Shown here: one piece after another, positions 20,913 through 31,071 of the stretch
How the letters are laid out: every line of letters starts with the position of its first letter
Numbering within the stretch: the first letter of the stretch is position 1
From: an uncultured Deinococcaceae bacterium
GTDB taxonomy: Bacteria; Deinococcota; Deinococci; Deinococcales; Deinococcaceae
Length of the DNA: 64,000 nt
Direction of reading: 5' to 3'
NCBI GenBank assembly: GCA_964252075.1
Contig: CAXULY010000007.1
Span: 32,001-96,000, forward strand
Notes under the pieces: generated by a model
Seen by the model: the letters and a program-made list of their open reading frames with translations, nothing else
The model's database searches: none
What the model was told of the DNA's origin: nothing
Program-made: the position numbers and the translations under genes

Positions 20913-21700
20913 GCCAGATCCTGCCCGACGCGCGCCCCGCCCCAGACGCCCCGCGCGTCACGCGCATCTCGGTGGAGCTGGTGCCACGAGATGTGGAGCA
21001 CCTGCAGGCGGAGCTAGGCACCATCCGCGCGCACCTGCCGGGCGTGGACACCGTGAACGTGCCGGACCTGCTGCGCTTCAAGCTGAGAAGCTGGCAGGGC
21101 TGCGCCGCCGCCCGCCCGCACGTCTCGCACACCATTCCGCACATCCGCGCGATTGACATCAATCCGCAGCGGCCCCTCCCGATGGCGCAGGACCTGCTGG
21201 ACCACGGCATCCGCGAGGTGCTGATCGTGACGGGCGACCCGCCCGCCGACATGAGCCGCCGCGTGTACCACACGACGGCGCTGGAGATCATCCGGAAGTT
21301 CGGGCGGGAACTGCCGGGCGTGAAGGTGTACGCGGGCCTCGACCCGTACCGGCAGGGCTTCACGCAGGAGCGCGATTACGCCCTCGCGAAGCTGGAGGCG
21401 GGCGCGGCGGGCTTCTTCACGCAGCCGTTCTTCGACCGGCGCCTGATGGACCTGTACGCGGACCTGCTGCCCCCGGAGGCGGAGGTGTTCTGGGGCGTCA
21501 CGACGGTCCTGACGGAGCGCACGCTGGGGTACTGGGAGTCGCGCAACCGCGCGATCTTCCCGCGGACCTTCGCGCCCACCCTGGAGTGGAACCGCGCGAT
21601 GGCGCGCGAGGCGCTGGCGTTCGCGCGGGAGCGGCGGCAGCACGCGTACTTCATGCCGGTGCGCGCGGACCTGAAGGCGTACCTGGAAGGCATCCTCTAG
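20909..21700 (+). CDS. metF: Methylenetetrahydrofolate reductase (short form)
   Basis: [41 protein letters not shown] overlaps the metH stop. Confidence 0.85.
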
Positions 21701-21710
21701 GCGCGCCGCT

Positions 21711-22976
21711 TCACGCGTCCTGCGGCGCGGGCATGCGCCGCAGGCGCGCGAGTGGGGAGCACGCGGCGGGCAGCACCCCCAGGATCGCGCCGATGGCGCA
21801 CACGAGGATCGCCTCGCGCACCCCGAGTCGCGTGGCGAGGACGCCGCCCAGCAGGGCGCCCACGGCGCCCGCGCCGTACACCAGGAAGCGGTGGCTGGCC
21901 GTGACGCGCCCCTGCAGGTGGTCGGGCGTGACGATCTGCCTCAAGCTCCACTGCTGCACGTTCGCGATGGTGTCCGCGAGGCCGCCGAGCAGCTGGGCGG
22001 CGGCGAGCACCGCGAGAATCACGCCGAGCGGCCCGGTCACGAGCGGCACCGCGAGGCCCGTCAGCGCCCACAGCAGGTACCCGAGGATAATGGCGGGGCC
22101 CACGCCGAGGCGGGCGGCGACGCCGCGCGTCAGGAGGGCGCCGGGAATCGCGCCGAGGCCACCGGCGGCGGCGAGCAGCCCAATGAGGCCGGGCGTGAGG
22201 TGCAGGGTGCGGGTGGCATACAGCACGTACTCGGCGCTCATCGCGGCGCCGAACAGCACCATCGGCACGCTGGACAGGATGACGGGCCGCAGCAGCGGGT
22301 GCCCGAGCAGGCCGCGCAGGCCCTGCGCGATCTCGCCGCCGATGTGCGCGTGGGCGCGCGCGGGGAGGGGCGGCTCGGGGCGCTGGATGCGCCAGATGAA
22401 CCCGGCGGACGCCAGGAAGCTGAGTGCGTCGAACAGCAGCGCAAAGGGCGCGCCGAGCGCCTGCACGACCACGCCGCCCAGGCCCGGCCCGGCCGCTTCG
22501 GCGGCGGAGTGACTGACCTGCAACCGCGCGTTGCCGTCCAGCAGGTGGTCCTTGGGGAGCACCGAGGGCACGTAGGCGAACTGCGCGACCTCGAAGCACA
22601 CGCTGAGGGTGCCGGTCAGGAACGCGACGAGGTACAGCTGCGTGATGCCGAGCGTGTGCAGCCACGCGGCGATGGGCACCGTGAAGAGCAGCGCGGCGCG
22701 CAGCAGGTCGCTCCAGATCAGCAGGGGTTTGCGGCGCGTGCGGTCCACCCAGACGCCCGTGAGCAGGCTGAAGAGCAGGAAGGGCAGTTGCCCGGCCGCG
22801 CCGAGCACGCCCATCTGGAGGGGCGTGGCGTGCAGGCCCACCGCGGCAATGAGGGGCAGGGCCAGGCTGGTGAGCTGCGTGCCGAACAGTGAGACCGTCT
22901 GCGCAGACCACAGGCGGCGGAAGTCGGGGCTCTGCCAGGCGGTCCTGGGTGCGGCCTGTTTCTGTTTGGCGATCAT
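21711..22976 (-). CDS. MFS transporter
   Basis: About 12 TM segments; FRRLWSAQTVS and GVWVDRTRRK motif A. Confidence 0.9.
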   Translation of the reverse strand: MIAKQKQAAPRTAWQSPDFRRLWSAQTVSLFGTQLTSLALPLIAAVGLHATPLQMGVLGAAGQLPFLLFSLLTGVWVDRTRRKPLLIWSDLLRAALLFTVPIAAWLHTLGITQLYLVAFLTGTLSVCFEVAQFAYVPSVLPKDHLLDGNARLQVSHSAAEAAGPGLGGVVVQALGAPFALLFDALSFLASAGFIWRIQRPEPPLPARAHAHIGGEIAQGLRGLLGHPLLRPVILSSVPMVLFGAAMSAEYVLYATRTLHLTPGLIGLLAAAGGLGAIPGALLTRGVAARLGVGPAIILGYLLWALTGLAVPLVTGPLGVILAVLAAAQLLGGLADTIANVQQWSLRQIVTPDHLQGRVTASHRFLVYGAGAVGALLGGVLATRLGVREAILVCAIGAILGVLPAACSPLARLRRMPAPQDA

Positions 22977-23070
22977 GGTCACCCCACTGGCCTTACCACC
23001 CAAATTGTTTTCTAGGGTAAGTCCACGGCGACCTTACCATCGAAGAAGCCTTGAGGTGTAAGAATGAAGC

Positions 23071-23727
23071 ATGCCGCAAGGACCGCGCAACAAGCAGACG
23101 CTGGGGCACGGCCGCGAACCGCTCATGCCGCGCCTGCTCGGCGGGCGACTGGGCCTGGACTTCGTGAACACACGGGACGCGCCCCTCTCCCCGCAGCCCA
23201 CGGAGTTCCTGACGGACTACGCCGCCCTCGCACGCTGGGGGCACCACGTCGGGCTGTACGACGAGGCGCGGCGGGACGCGTTGCTGGCCCTCGCCGCGCG
23301 CCAGCCGGCCGAGGCGCAGCGCGCGTTCGAGCGCGCCCTCACGCTGCGCGCCGCGAGCCACGGCACGTTCCTGGCGCTGGCGCACGGGCGCGCGCCCGGG
23401 GCGGCGGACCTGCGCGTCATCCAGCAGCTGTACGCCGACGCCCTGACGCAGGCAGCCCTCACGCTCGGCGCGGCGGGTGTGGCCTGGACGTGGCCCGACG
23501 ACGACCACCTGGAGCGCGTCACGTGGGCGGTGCTGCGCTCCACGGTGGAGCTGCTGACCTCACCCGACGTGGCGCGCGTGAAGGAGTGCCCCGGCTGCGG
23601 GGACTGCGGGTGGCTGTTCCTGGACAGCAGCAAGAACGGCACGCGGCAGTGGTGCAGCATGGAGGGCTGCGGGAGCCGCGCCAAGATGCGGCGCCACTAC
23701 CGCCGCAGTCAGGGCGCGGACGCCTGA
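23071..23727 (+). CDS. ABATE/CGNR zinc-finger protein (putative regulator)
   Basis: LDFVNT N-terminus; C-x5-CGWLFLDSSKNGTRQWCSMEGCGSRAK; divergent from the MFS gene. Confidence 0.9.
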   Translation: MPQGPRNKQTLGHGREPLMPRLLGGRLGLDFVNTRDAPLSPQPTEFLTDYAALARWGHHVGLYDEARRDALLALAARQPAEAQRAFERALTLRAASHGTFLALAHGRAPGAADLRVIQQLYADALTQAALTLGAAGVAWTWPDDDHLERVTWAVLRSTVELLTSPDVARVKECPGCGDCGWLFLDSSKNGTRQWCSMEGCGSRAKMRRHYRRSQGADA

Positions 23728-23737
23728 GGGCGCGGGC

Positions 23738-24112
23738 TCAGCGGTCGGCCTGCGGCGCGCCGTCGTACTGCGAGCGGGCCTCCAGCACCGCCTCCATGTG
23801 CTGCTGCGCCCACTCCCCCATGTCCGTCACGACCCGCTGGAGGCTCTGACCGAGGGGCGTGAGGGTGTACTCCGTGCGGGGCGGCACGACCGGGTACACC
23901 TTGCGCGTCACGAGGCCGTCGCGTTCGAGTTCACGCAGGGTCTGCGTGAGCATCTTCTGGGAGATGCCGTCCACCAGCGCGTGCAGTTCGCTGTAGCGCA
24001 GGGTGCGGCCGCGCAGCGCGTACACAACCAGCATGTTCCACTTCCCGGCGATGAGTTCCAGCACCCGGTTGGACGGGCAGCTGCGGTTCAGCACGTTCGT
24101 CTCCTGCTTCAC
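23738..24112 (-). CDS. HxlR-family transcriptional regulator
   Basis: CP...LIAGKW, GISQKMLTQTLRELERDGL, VPPRTEYTLT; TACAAT-N6-GTG. Confidence 0.92.
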   Translation of the reverse strand: MKQETNVLNRSCPSNRVLELIAGKWNMLVVYALRGRTLRYSELHALVDGISQKMLTQTLRELERDGLVTRKVYPVVPPRTEYTLTPLGQSLQRVVTDMGEWAQQHMEAVLEARSQYDGAPQADR

Positions 24113-24191
24113 CAGACCATTGTAACGCACCAGAAGGTATGTACTTCCCAAATAGAGTGACAGGACGTAGGCTCCTGGGCAGGAGGCCACC

Positions 24192-25025
24192 ATGATTCTG
24201 ATCACCACCCCCAACGGCAAGGTCGGCAGCGAAGTCGCGAAGCACCTCATTCAGCAGGGCAAACCCGTCCGCGTGGGCGCGCACACCGTCGAGAAGGCGC
24301 GCGCCGCCTTCACCGGCGCGGACGTCGTGCCCTTCGACTTCGGGAACGAAGACGCCATGCGCGCGGCGCTGACCGGCGTCACCCGCCTGTACCTCGCCTC
24401 GCCCGGCGAGATGCCCGCCGAACCCGTGCAGCGCGCCGTGGACCTCGCGCGCGAGGCCGGCGTGCAGCACATCGTGCGGCTCTCGGCGCTCGGCGTCGAG
24501 CAGAGCGACAACCCCCTGCGTGATGTGGAGCGCCACATCGAGCACTCCGGCGTCGCCTGGACCTTCCTGCGCCCCAACTGGTTCATGCAGAACTACAACA
24601 CCGCGTCCGCCCAGGCGGTGCGGGACGGCGTGCTGGCGGAACCCGCCGGGGACGGCGCCACCGGCTACGTGGACGCCCGCGACATCGCGGCGGTCGCGGT
24701 CGCGACCCTCACGCAGGACGGCCACGCCGGGCAGGCGTACGCCCTCACCGGCCCCGCCGCCCTCACGCGCGCGCAGGTGGCGGAGGTGCTGTCCCGCGTG
24801 ACGGGACGCGAGGTGCGCTACACATCCATCAGCGAGGCGCAGTTCCAGGAGGGCCTGCGCGGCGCGGGGCTCCCGGAAGCCTACGTGGGCCTCATGACGG
24901 CCCTGTACCAGGTGGTGCGCGCCGGGCACACCGCCACCGTCACGGACGACGTGCAGCGCGTCACCCAGCGTCCCGCCACGACCTTCGAGCAGTTCGCGCG
25001 CGACCACGCGGACGCCTGGCGCTGA
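24192..25025 (+). CDS. NmrA-like/atypical SDR oxidoreductase
   Basis: ILITTPNGKVG, WTFLRPNWFMQN, VDARDIA; AGGAGG RBS. Confidence 0.88.
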   Translation: MILITTPNGKVGSEVAKHLIQQGKPVRVGAHTVEKARAAFTGADVVPFDFGNEDAMRAALTGVTRLYLASPGEMPAEPVQRAVDLAREAGVQHIVRLSALGVEQSDNPLRDVERHIEHSGVAWTFLRPNWFMQNYNTASAQAVRDGVLAEPAGDGATGYVDARDIAAVAVATLTQDGHAGQAYALTGPAALTRAQVAEVLSRVTGREVRYTSISEAQFQEGLRGAGLPEAYVGLMTALYQVVRAGHTATVTDDVQRVTQRPATTFEQFARDHADAWR

Positions 25026-25093
25026 GGGACCCGGACCGGGCGGGGGCGCGCCCATCAGCGTTCCTTGAGGCTCGCGCGGCGTAGGCTCCAGGC

Positions 25094-25582
25094 ATGACGG
25101 ACCCCAACCTGGATCAGGCGCTGCGCGCGCACCTGCGCGCCCTGCTCACCGCCCATCAGGCGCACGCCACCTTCGACGACGCGGTCAAGGACTTCCCCGA
25201 AGCGAAATGGAATGACCGCCCGCACGGCCTCCCCTACTCCGCGTGGGAGCTGCTGGAGCACCTGCGGTTCACGCAGCGCGACCTGCTGAACTTCATGCGC
25301 GACCCGCAGTACCACGCGCCGAACTGGCCGGACGACTACTGGCCGGGCCGCGTGCACCCGGCGGACGCGCGGGCGTGGCGCGCCTCCGTGGACGCCTACC
25401 GCGAAGACCACGCCGCCCTCGTGAAGCTGCTGGACGACCCGCACACGGACCTGCTGGCGCGCATCCCGTGGGGAGACGGGCAGACGCCGCTGCGCGAGCT
25501 GCTGCTGGCCGCCGACCACAACGCCTACCACATTGGCGAGCTGGTGCTGCTGCGGCGCCTGCTGGGCGCGTGGCCCGCGTGA
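25094..25582 (+). CDS. DinB-family protein
   Basis: SAWELLEHL and DHNAYHIGE His triad; TAGGCT-N6-ATG. Confidence 0.88.
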   Translation: MTDPNLDQALRAHLRALLTAHQAHATFDDAVKDFPEAKWNDRPHGLPYSAWELLEHLRFTQRDLLNFMRDPQYHAPNWPDDYWPGRVHPADARAWRASVDAYREDHAALVKLLDDPHTDLLARIPWGDGQTPLRELLLAADHNAYHIGELVLLRRLLGAWPA

Positions 25583-25610
25583 GCGGACGCGTTCCTGCCA
25601 TACTGCGCGC

Positions 25611-26183
25611 ATGAACGCACCGAAGAAGACGGGCAGGCCGGGGCGCGCGGCGCCCGGCCGAAGCAAGGCGGCCGACAAGCCCGCAGGAGCGCGCGGGCGC
25701 ACCAGCGGCCCCGGCGCGAACGAAGGCAGCAGCCAGGCCCGGCGCGCGCCGACCGGGGCGCGCCAGAAGCCCGGCGGCGCGCGCCGCCCCCGCACCGGCG
25801 AGGCGCCGCCCGCCCTGGACGCCCCGCCCGCCGAGGCGGTGTTCAAGGACCGCGACGGGCAGGCGCACACCTTCCCCGACAGCAGCCTGCGGCGCGTCGC
25901 GGCGCGCCTGCTGACAGAGAAGCGGAAGCTGTGGCGGTACCGGCCCTTCAGCTTTCCGCTGTTCACCAGCACGGGGCGCGAGCAGCAGTTCACGCCGGAT
26001 TTCGTGGTGTACGACAACCAGGAGGCCGTCCTGCGGGTGCTGCTCATCGCGCCGCGCGACACCGCCGAGATCTGGGACCGCCTGGGGCGCTTCAAACGCC
26101 AGTACCCCATGTACCCTTACGAGCTGTGGACGCCAGAGAAACTCGCGCAGTTCACGGGCCCGCGCGGACGCCTGAGCTTCTAA
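25611..26183 (+). CDS. Hypothetical protein (basic N-terminus, PD-motif C-terminal domain)
   Basis: Host-like codon usage; CATACT-N6-[12 protein letters not shown] motif. Confidence 0.7.
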   Translation: MNAPKKTGRPGRAAPGRSKAADKPAGARGRTSGPGANEGSSQARRAPTGARQKPGGARRPRTGEAPPALDAPPAEAVFKDRDGQAHTFPDSSLRRVAARLLTEKRKLWRYRPFSFPLFTSTGREQQFTPDFVVYDNQEAVLRVLLIAPRDTAEIWDRLGRFKRQYPMYPYELWTPEKLAQFTGPRGRLSF

Positions 26184-26340
26184 AGCTACGCACCACACCC
26201 GCGGGAATCGGGCGGTACGCGCCAGGGTATTCCGTTCCTGACTGGAACCGCACGGTGCGCTGCCACACCACGCCGGTTTTTCTGAAGTGCCTTTGAGTGA
26301 CCACCTGCGGGCAGGCCACAAAAGCCCCGGCATACGCGAG

Positions 26341-26372
26341 AAGGAGAGCGCCCATTGATGGGCGCTCTCCTT
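26341..26372. terminator. 15-bp perfect inverted repeat, probable terminator
   Basis: AAGGAGAGCGCCCAT-TG-ATGGGCGCTCTCCTT. Confidence 0.6.
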
Positions 26373-26922
26373 TACGACCAATGCCCGCCAGGGCTGGGCC
26401 GCCATCAGCGCGACCCTGCCGGTGGGCTCTCGGCAGCATGTGAGGCGGTTCTCGGTTAAAGTTCAGCGGGCGTGGCCAGTACTGATCTACTGATGGACCG
26501 TGGCCCGTCAACTGGGGAAGATCAATGCCGTCTCAGCCGCGTTCAACGAAATCAGTTTGTGGTGGCCGGACGACAGACCACGCCGCCCCCTCCACACGTT
26601 GTTCCAGCGCCGCGAACAGGCGCCCGGTCCTGTGGAAGTGTTGGCAGCCCCACCGTCATTCAAGCCTGCGGGTGAAGTGTAAAGAATCGTTATGCCCGGC
26701 CCTAAGTCCGCTGCCACAGCGCGCATTCCACGCCCTGTGGCAGCGACTTAATGCTCTTCATGCTTCCAGATTTCTGCCGCGGCCACTGTTTGTTAGGGTT
26801 GAGGCGTGCGTGACCGCCTCGGGCACACCCGAACGGCACGCTGATTGACCATTGCCCCGAGGCCGTGACCCCGCACCTGTCTCACGGCATGGCGGCGCGC
26901 GGCAGGGACAGAGAGGGTTCAC

Positions 26923-29148
26923 ATGAGTCAGCCTGCACCTGAGACGATTGCACCGAACAAATCCGAGGGGAACCTCGCGACCAACACTGCCCCTGCGCAC
27001 AACCTCAAGGTGCTGCCGGGCCAGCCGTACCCGCTGGGCTCCACCTGGGACGGCAAGAGCGTCAACTTCGCCCTGTACAGCGAGAACGCCACGGGCGTCG
27101 AGCTGTGCCTCTTCGACGAGAAGGGCGCCGAGACGCGCGTGCCCGTCAAGGAGCAGACGGCGTTCGTGTGGCACTGCTGCATTCCCGACCTGCAGCCCGG
27201 GCAGCGGTACGGGTACCGTGTGTACGGGGAGTACGCGCCCGATAAGGGCCTGCGCTTCAACCCGAACGTGGTGCTGCTCGACCCGTACGCGCGCGCCGTG
27301 ACCGGCACCGAGAACTTCGAGCGCGGCGTGATGGCGTACAAGATCGGCGAGAACGAGGATTACGACATGCAGGACGCCGAGCAGCTCGGCGTGCCGCTTG
27401 GCGTGGTGATTGACCCGGCCTTCGACTGGTCGGGCGACAGGAGCCCGAACGTGCCGTTTCACCGCACGGTGATTTACGAGGCGCACGTGAAGGGCCTCAC
27501 CATGCTGCACCCGGAGGTCCCGCAGGAGCTGCGCGGCACCTACGCGGGCGTCGCGAGCGAGCCGATCATCCGGCACCTGAAGGACCTCGGCATCACGGCG
27601 CTGGAGGTGCTGCCCGTTCACCAGCACCTGGACGACGGTTTCCTGATCGACAAGGGCCTGCACAACTACTGGGGTTACAACACCGTGAACTTCTTCGTGC
27701 CGGATGTGCGGTACAGCGCGGCGGCGCAGCAGGGCGCGTTGGGCGGCGAGGTGAACGAGTTCAAGGAGATGGTGAAGTCGCTGCACGCGGCGGGCATCGA
27801 GGTGATCCTCGACGTGGTGTACAACCACACCGCCGAAGGCAACCACCTGGGGCCGACCCTGAGCTTCAAGGGCATCGACAACCCCACGTACTACCGCCTC
27901 GTGAGTGACAATCCGCGCTTCTACTACGACACGACTGGCACCGGCAACAGCCTGAATGTGCGCCACCCGCAGACGCTGCAGCTCATCATGGACAGCCTGC
28001 GGTACTGGGTGACGGACATGCACGTGGACGGCTTCCGCTTCGACCTCGCCTCGACGCTCGCGCGCGGCCTCCACGAGGTGGATCAGCTGTCGAGCTTCTT
28101 CACCATCATCCACCAGGACCCGGTTTTGAGTCAGGTGAAGCTCATCGCGGAGCCTTGGGACATCGGCGAGGGCGGCTATCAGGTCGGGAACTTCCCCGTG
28201 AAGTGGGCGGAGTGGAACGGCATCTACCGCGACGCGATGCGCAGCTTCTGGAAGGGCGACGGTGGCCTCGCGGACGAACTCGGGTACCGCCTCACGGGCT
28301 CCAGCGACCTGTACCAGAACGACGGGCGCAAGCCGTACGCCAGCATCAACTTTTTCACGGCGCACGACGGCTTCACGCTGCGCGACCTCGTGAGTTACAA
28401 CGATAAGCACAACGACGCGAACGGCGAGAACAACCAGGACGGCCACAACGACAACCGCAGCTGGAACTGCGGCGTCGAGGGCCCCACCGACGACCCCGAG
28501 GTGAACGCGCTGCGCGCGCGCCAGCAGCGCAACATGCTGGCGACGCTGGTGCTGTCGCAGGGCACGCCGATGCTGCTGGGCGGCGACGAGATGGGGCGCA
28601 CGCAGCAGGGCAACAACAACGCGTACTGCCAGGACAGCGACATCAGCTGGTTCGACTGGGAGCACAAGGACGAGGCGCTGCTGGCCTTCACGCAACGGCT
28701 CATCGCGCTGCGCAGCGAGCACCCGGTGCTGCACCGCCGCAAGTTCTTCTCGGGCCGCCCGATTCGCGGCGGCGTGCGGGACATCATGTGGCTGAAGCAC
28801 GACGGCACCGAGATGAACGACGAGGACTGGCAGAACCCCCAGACGCAGAGCCTCGGCATGCTGCTGGCGGGCGAGGGCCTGCAGGACGAGGACGAGTCCG
28901 GCAAGCCGCTGCGCGACGACACCCTGATGGTGGTGCTGAACGCCAGCCACGTGGACCTGGTGTACGTGCTGCCCGCCCTGGGCGGCGCGCAGACGTGGAC
29001 GCTGCTGATGGACACCGGCAACGACGACGCCAGCGAGCAGGTGAAGGCCGGGGAGCAGACGCCGATGATCGCGCGCAGCCTCAAGCTCTTCCGCGCCGAG
29101 CGCGGCGGGGCGAACCAGGCCGCGCCGAACGCCAGCGCATCGTCCTGA
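26923..29148 (+). CDS. glgX: Glycogen debranching enzyme (isoamylase)
   Basis: [38 protein letters not shown]. Confidence 0.96.
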   Translation: MSQPAPETIAPNKSEGNLATNTAPAHNLKVLPGQPYPLGSTWDGKSVNFALYSENATGVELCLFDEKGAETRVPVKEQTAFVWHCCIPDLQPGQRYGYRVYGEYAPDKGLRFNPNVVLLDPYARAVTGTENFERGVMAYKIGENEDYDMQDAEQLGVPLGVVIDPAFDWSGDRSPNVPFHRTVIYEAHVKGLTMLHPEVPQELRGTYAGVASEPIIRHLKDLGITALEVLPVHQHLDDGFLIDKGLHNYWGYNTVNFFVPDVRYSAAAQQGALGGEVNEFKEMVKSLHAAGIEVILDVVYNHTAEGNHLGPTLSFKGIDNPTYYRLVSDNPRFYYDTTGTGNSLNVRHPQTLQLIMDSLRYWVTDMHVDGFRFDLASTLARGLHEVDQLSSFFTIIHQDPVLSQVKLIAEPWDIGEGGYQVGNFPVKWAEWNGIYRDAMRSFWKGDGGLADELGYRLTGSSDLYQNDGRKPYASINFFTAHDGFTLRDLVSYNDKHNDANGENNQDGHNDNRSWNCGVEGPTDDPEVNALRARQQRNMLATLVLSQGTPMLLGGDEMGRTQQGNNNAYCQDSDISWFDWEHKDEALLAFTQRLIALRSEHPVLHRRKFFSGRPIRGGVRDIMWLKHDGTEMNDEDWQNPQTQSLGMLLAGEGLQDEDESGKPLRDDTLMVVLNASHVDLVYVLPALGGAQTWTLLMDTGNDDASEQVKAGEQTPMIARSLKLFRAERGGANQAAPNASASS

Positions 29149-29277
29149 GACCCGCGAGGGAGGCGCGGCGCCCGGGGCAGCCCGGGCGCCGCGCCAGGAA
29201 GGTCGTGATGAAATGACAACGATGCTGCCCAGCGCGCCGGGAGCGGCGCGCGCCCTCGCGGCCCAGGTGGGGCCGTC

Positions 29278-31071
29278 ATGACGGTCACCCCGGACCCCAC
29301 GGCGCAGTCGGAGCGCGGGTGGGCGCCGCACCTGGGCGCCTTCCCGGCTGAGGGCGGCACCTGCTTCCGCCTGTGGACGACCCGCGCGCAGGAGGCGGCC
29401 GTCGTGGTGAACGGCGAGACGCACCCCATGACGCCCCTCGGGGACGGGGTGTTCGAGACGGTGCTGCCGGTGGGGGCGGGCGCCCGCTACCGCTTCGCGC
29501 TGGACCGCGAGACGCTGCCGGACCCCTACGCGCGCTTCCTGCCGGATGGCGTGCACGGCGATGCCGAGGTCATTGACCTGGGCGCGTACCGCTGGCAGCA
29601 CCCGCCCGCTCCGCGCCCGCTCACGCAGAGCGTGATCTACGAGCTGCACCTGGGCACCTTCACGCCCGAGGGGACGCTGCGCGCCGCGCAGGAGCGCCTC
29701 CCGTACCTGCGCGACCTGGGCGTCACGACGGTGGAACTCATGCCGCTCGCCGCCTTCCCCGGTCGTCGCGGCTGGGGGTACGACGGCGTGGCCCTGTACG
29801 CGCCCTTCGCGGGCTACGGGCGGCCTGAGGACGTGCAGGCCTTCGTGGACGCCGCGCACGGACTGGGCCTGAGCGTGCTGCTGGATGTGGTGTACAACCA
29901 TTTCGGGCCGGACGGCAATTACCTGGCGCGCTACAGCACCGGGTACTTCACGGACCGCTTCCACACCCCGTGGGGCGGCGGGCTGGACTACCGCGAGCCG
30001 CACATGCGCCGCCTCGTGATCGAGAACGCCCTGATGTGGCTCACCGAGTACCGCTTCGATGGCCTGCGGCTGGACGCCACGCAGGAAATCCACGATGACT
30101 CCGAGGTGCACGTCTTGCGGGAGCTCGCCAGCCGCATTCACGCGCTCGATGGGGAGCACCTGCTCATCGCGGAGGACTACCTGAACCGCCCCCCGCTGAT
30201 CCTGGAGGACCGCCTGGACGCCGTGTGGGTGGATGACTTTCACCACACGGTGCGCACGAGCCTGACGGACGAGCGCGACGGGTATTACGCGCCGTTCGAG
30301 CGGGGCGCGTCCGCCATCGCGCACGCGGTGCGGCGCGGCTGGGTGTACGAGGGTCAGACGTGGCCGCTGGACGGCGACCTGAAGGACCGCCCGCGCGGCG
30401 CGCCCGCCGACGCGCTGCGCGCCGACAACATGATTTACTTCGTGCAGAACCACGACCAGATCGGGAACCGCGCGCACGGCGACCGACTGGACGCCTTCCC
30501 GGGCGTGGGCGCGGCGGGCCTGCGCGGCGCGACGCTGCTGCTTCTGACGCTGCCCATGACGCCCCTGCTGTTCATGGGGCAGGAGTGGGCGGCGGGCACG
30601 CCGTTTCTGTTCTTCAGCGACCACAAGGGCGAGCTGGGGCACAAGGTGAGCGAGGGCCGCGCGCAGGAGTTCGGGCACTTCGCGGGCTTCGACGGGAACG
30701 TCCCGGACCCGCAGGACACCTCGACCTTCCAGGCGAGCGTGCTGAACTGGGCGGAGCAGCAGGAAGGCGAGCACGCGCGCACGCTGGCCGCCGTGCGGGC
30801 GGCCTTGCGCCTGCGCCACGAGGACCCGGTGCTGCAGGACGCCACGCGGGACGGCCTGGACGCCGGGAGTGACGGGGACGTGCTGTGGGTGCGGCGCTGG
30901 GACGCGCGCGGTGAGCGGGTGCTGCTGTGGAACCTCGGGGAGGCGCGCGCGGTGCGGGACCTGAACCTGCCGTTCGCGCTGCCGGACACGCGCCTGCTGT
31001 CGAGTGAGGGGCGCACGGAGGATGACTTGATGTACCACGAAGCCGTGCTGTTCGCCGGGGGTGCGGCGTGA
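29278..31071 (+). CDS. treZ: Malto-oligosyltrehalose trehalohydrolase
   Basis: [40 protein letters not shown]. Confidence 0.95.
   Translation: MTVTPDPTAQSERGWAPHLGAFPAEGGTCFRLWTTRAQEAAVVVNGETHPMTPLGDGVFETVLPVGAGARYRFALDRETLPDPYARFLPDGVHGDAEVIDLGAYRWQHPPAPRPLTQSVIYELHLGTFTPEGTLRAAQERLPYLRDLGVTTVELMPLAAFPGRRGWGYDGVALYAPFAGYGRPEDVQAFVDAAHGLGLSVLLDVVYNHFGPDGNYLARYSTGYFTDRFHTPWGGGLDYREPHMRRLVIENALMWLTEYRFDGLRLDATQEIHDDSEVHVLRELASRIHALDGEHLLIAEDYLNRPPLILEDRLDAVWVDDFHHTVRTSLTDERDGYYAPFERGASAIAHAVRRGWVYEGQTWPLDGDLKDRPRGAPADALRADNMIYFVQNHDQIGNRAHGDRLDAFPGVGAAGLRGATLLLLTLPMTPLLFMGQEWAAGTPFLFFSDHKGELGHKVSEGRAQEFGHFAGFDGNVPDPQDTSTFQASVLNWAEQQEGEHARTLAAVRAALRLRHEDPVLQDATRDGLDAGSDGDVLWVRRWDARGERVLLWNLGEARAVRDLNLPFALPDTRLLSSEGRTEDDLMYHEAVLFAGGAA

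Noticed and set aside
26500..26726. Small ORFs of 60-72 aa in the pre-glgX gap
   Set aside because: No RBS or leaderless signal, atypical codon usage and no motifs.
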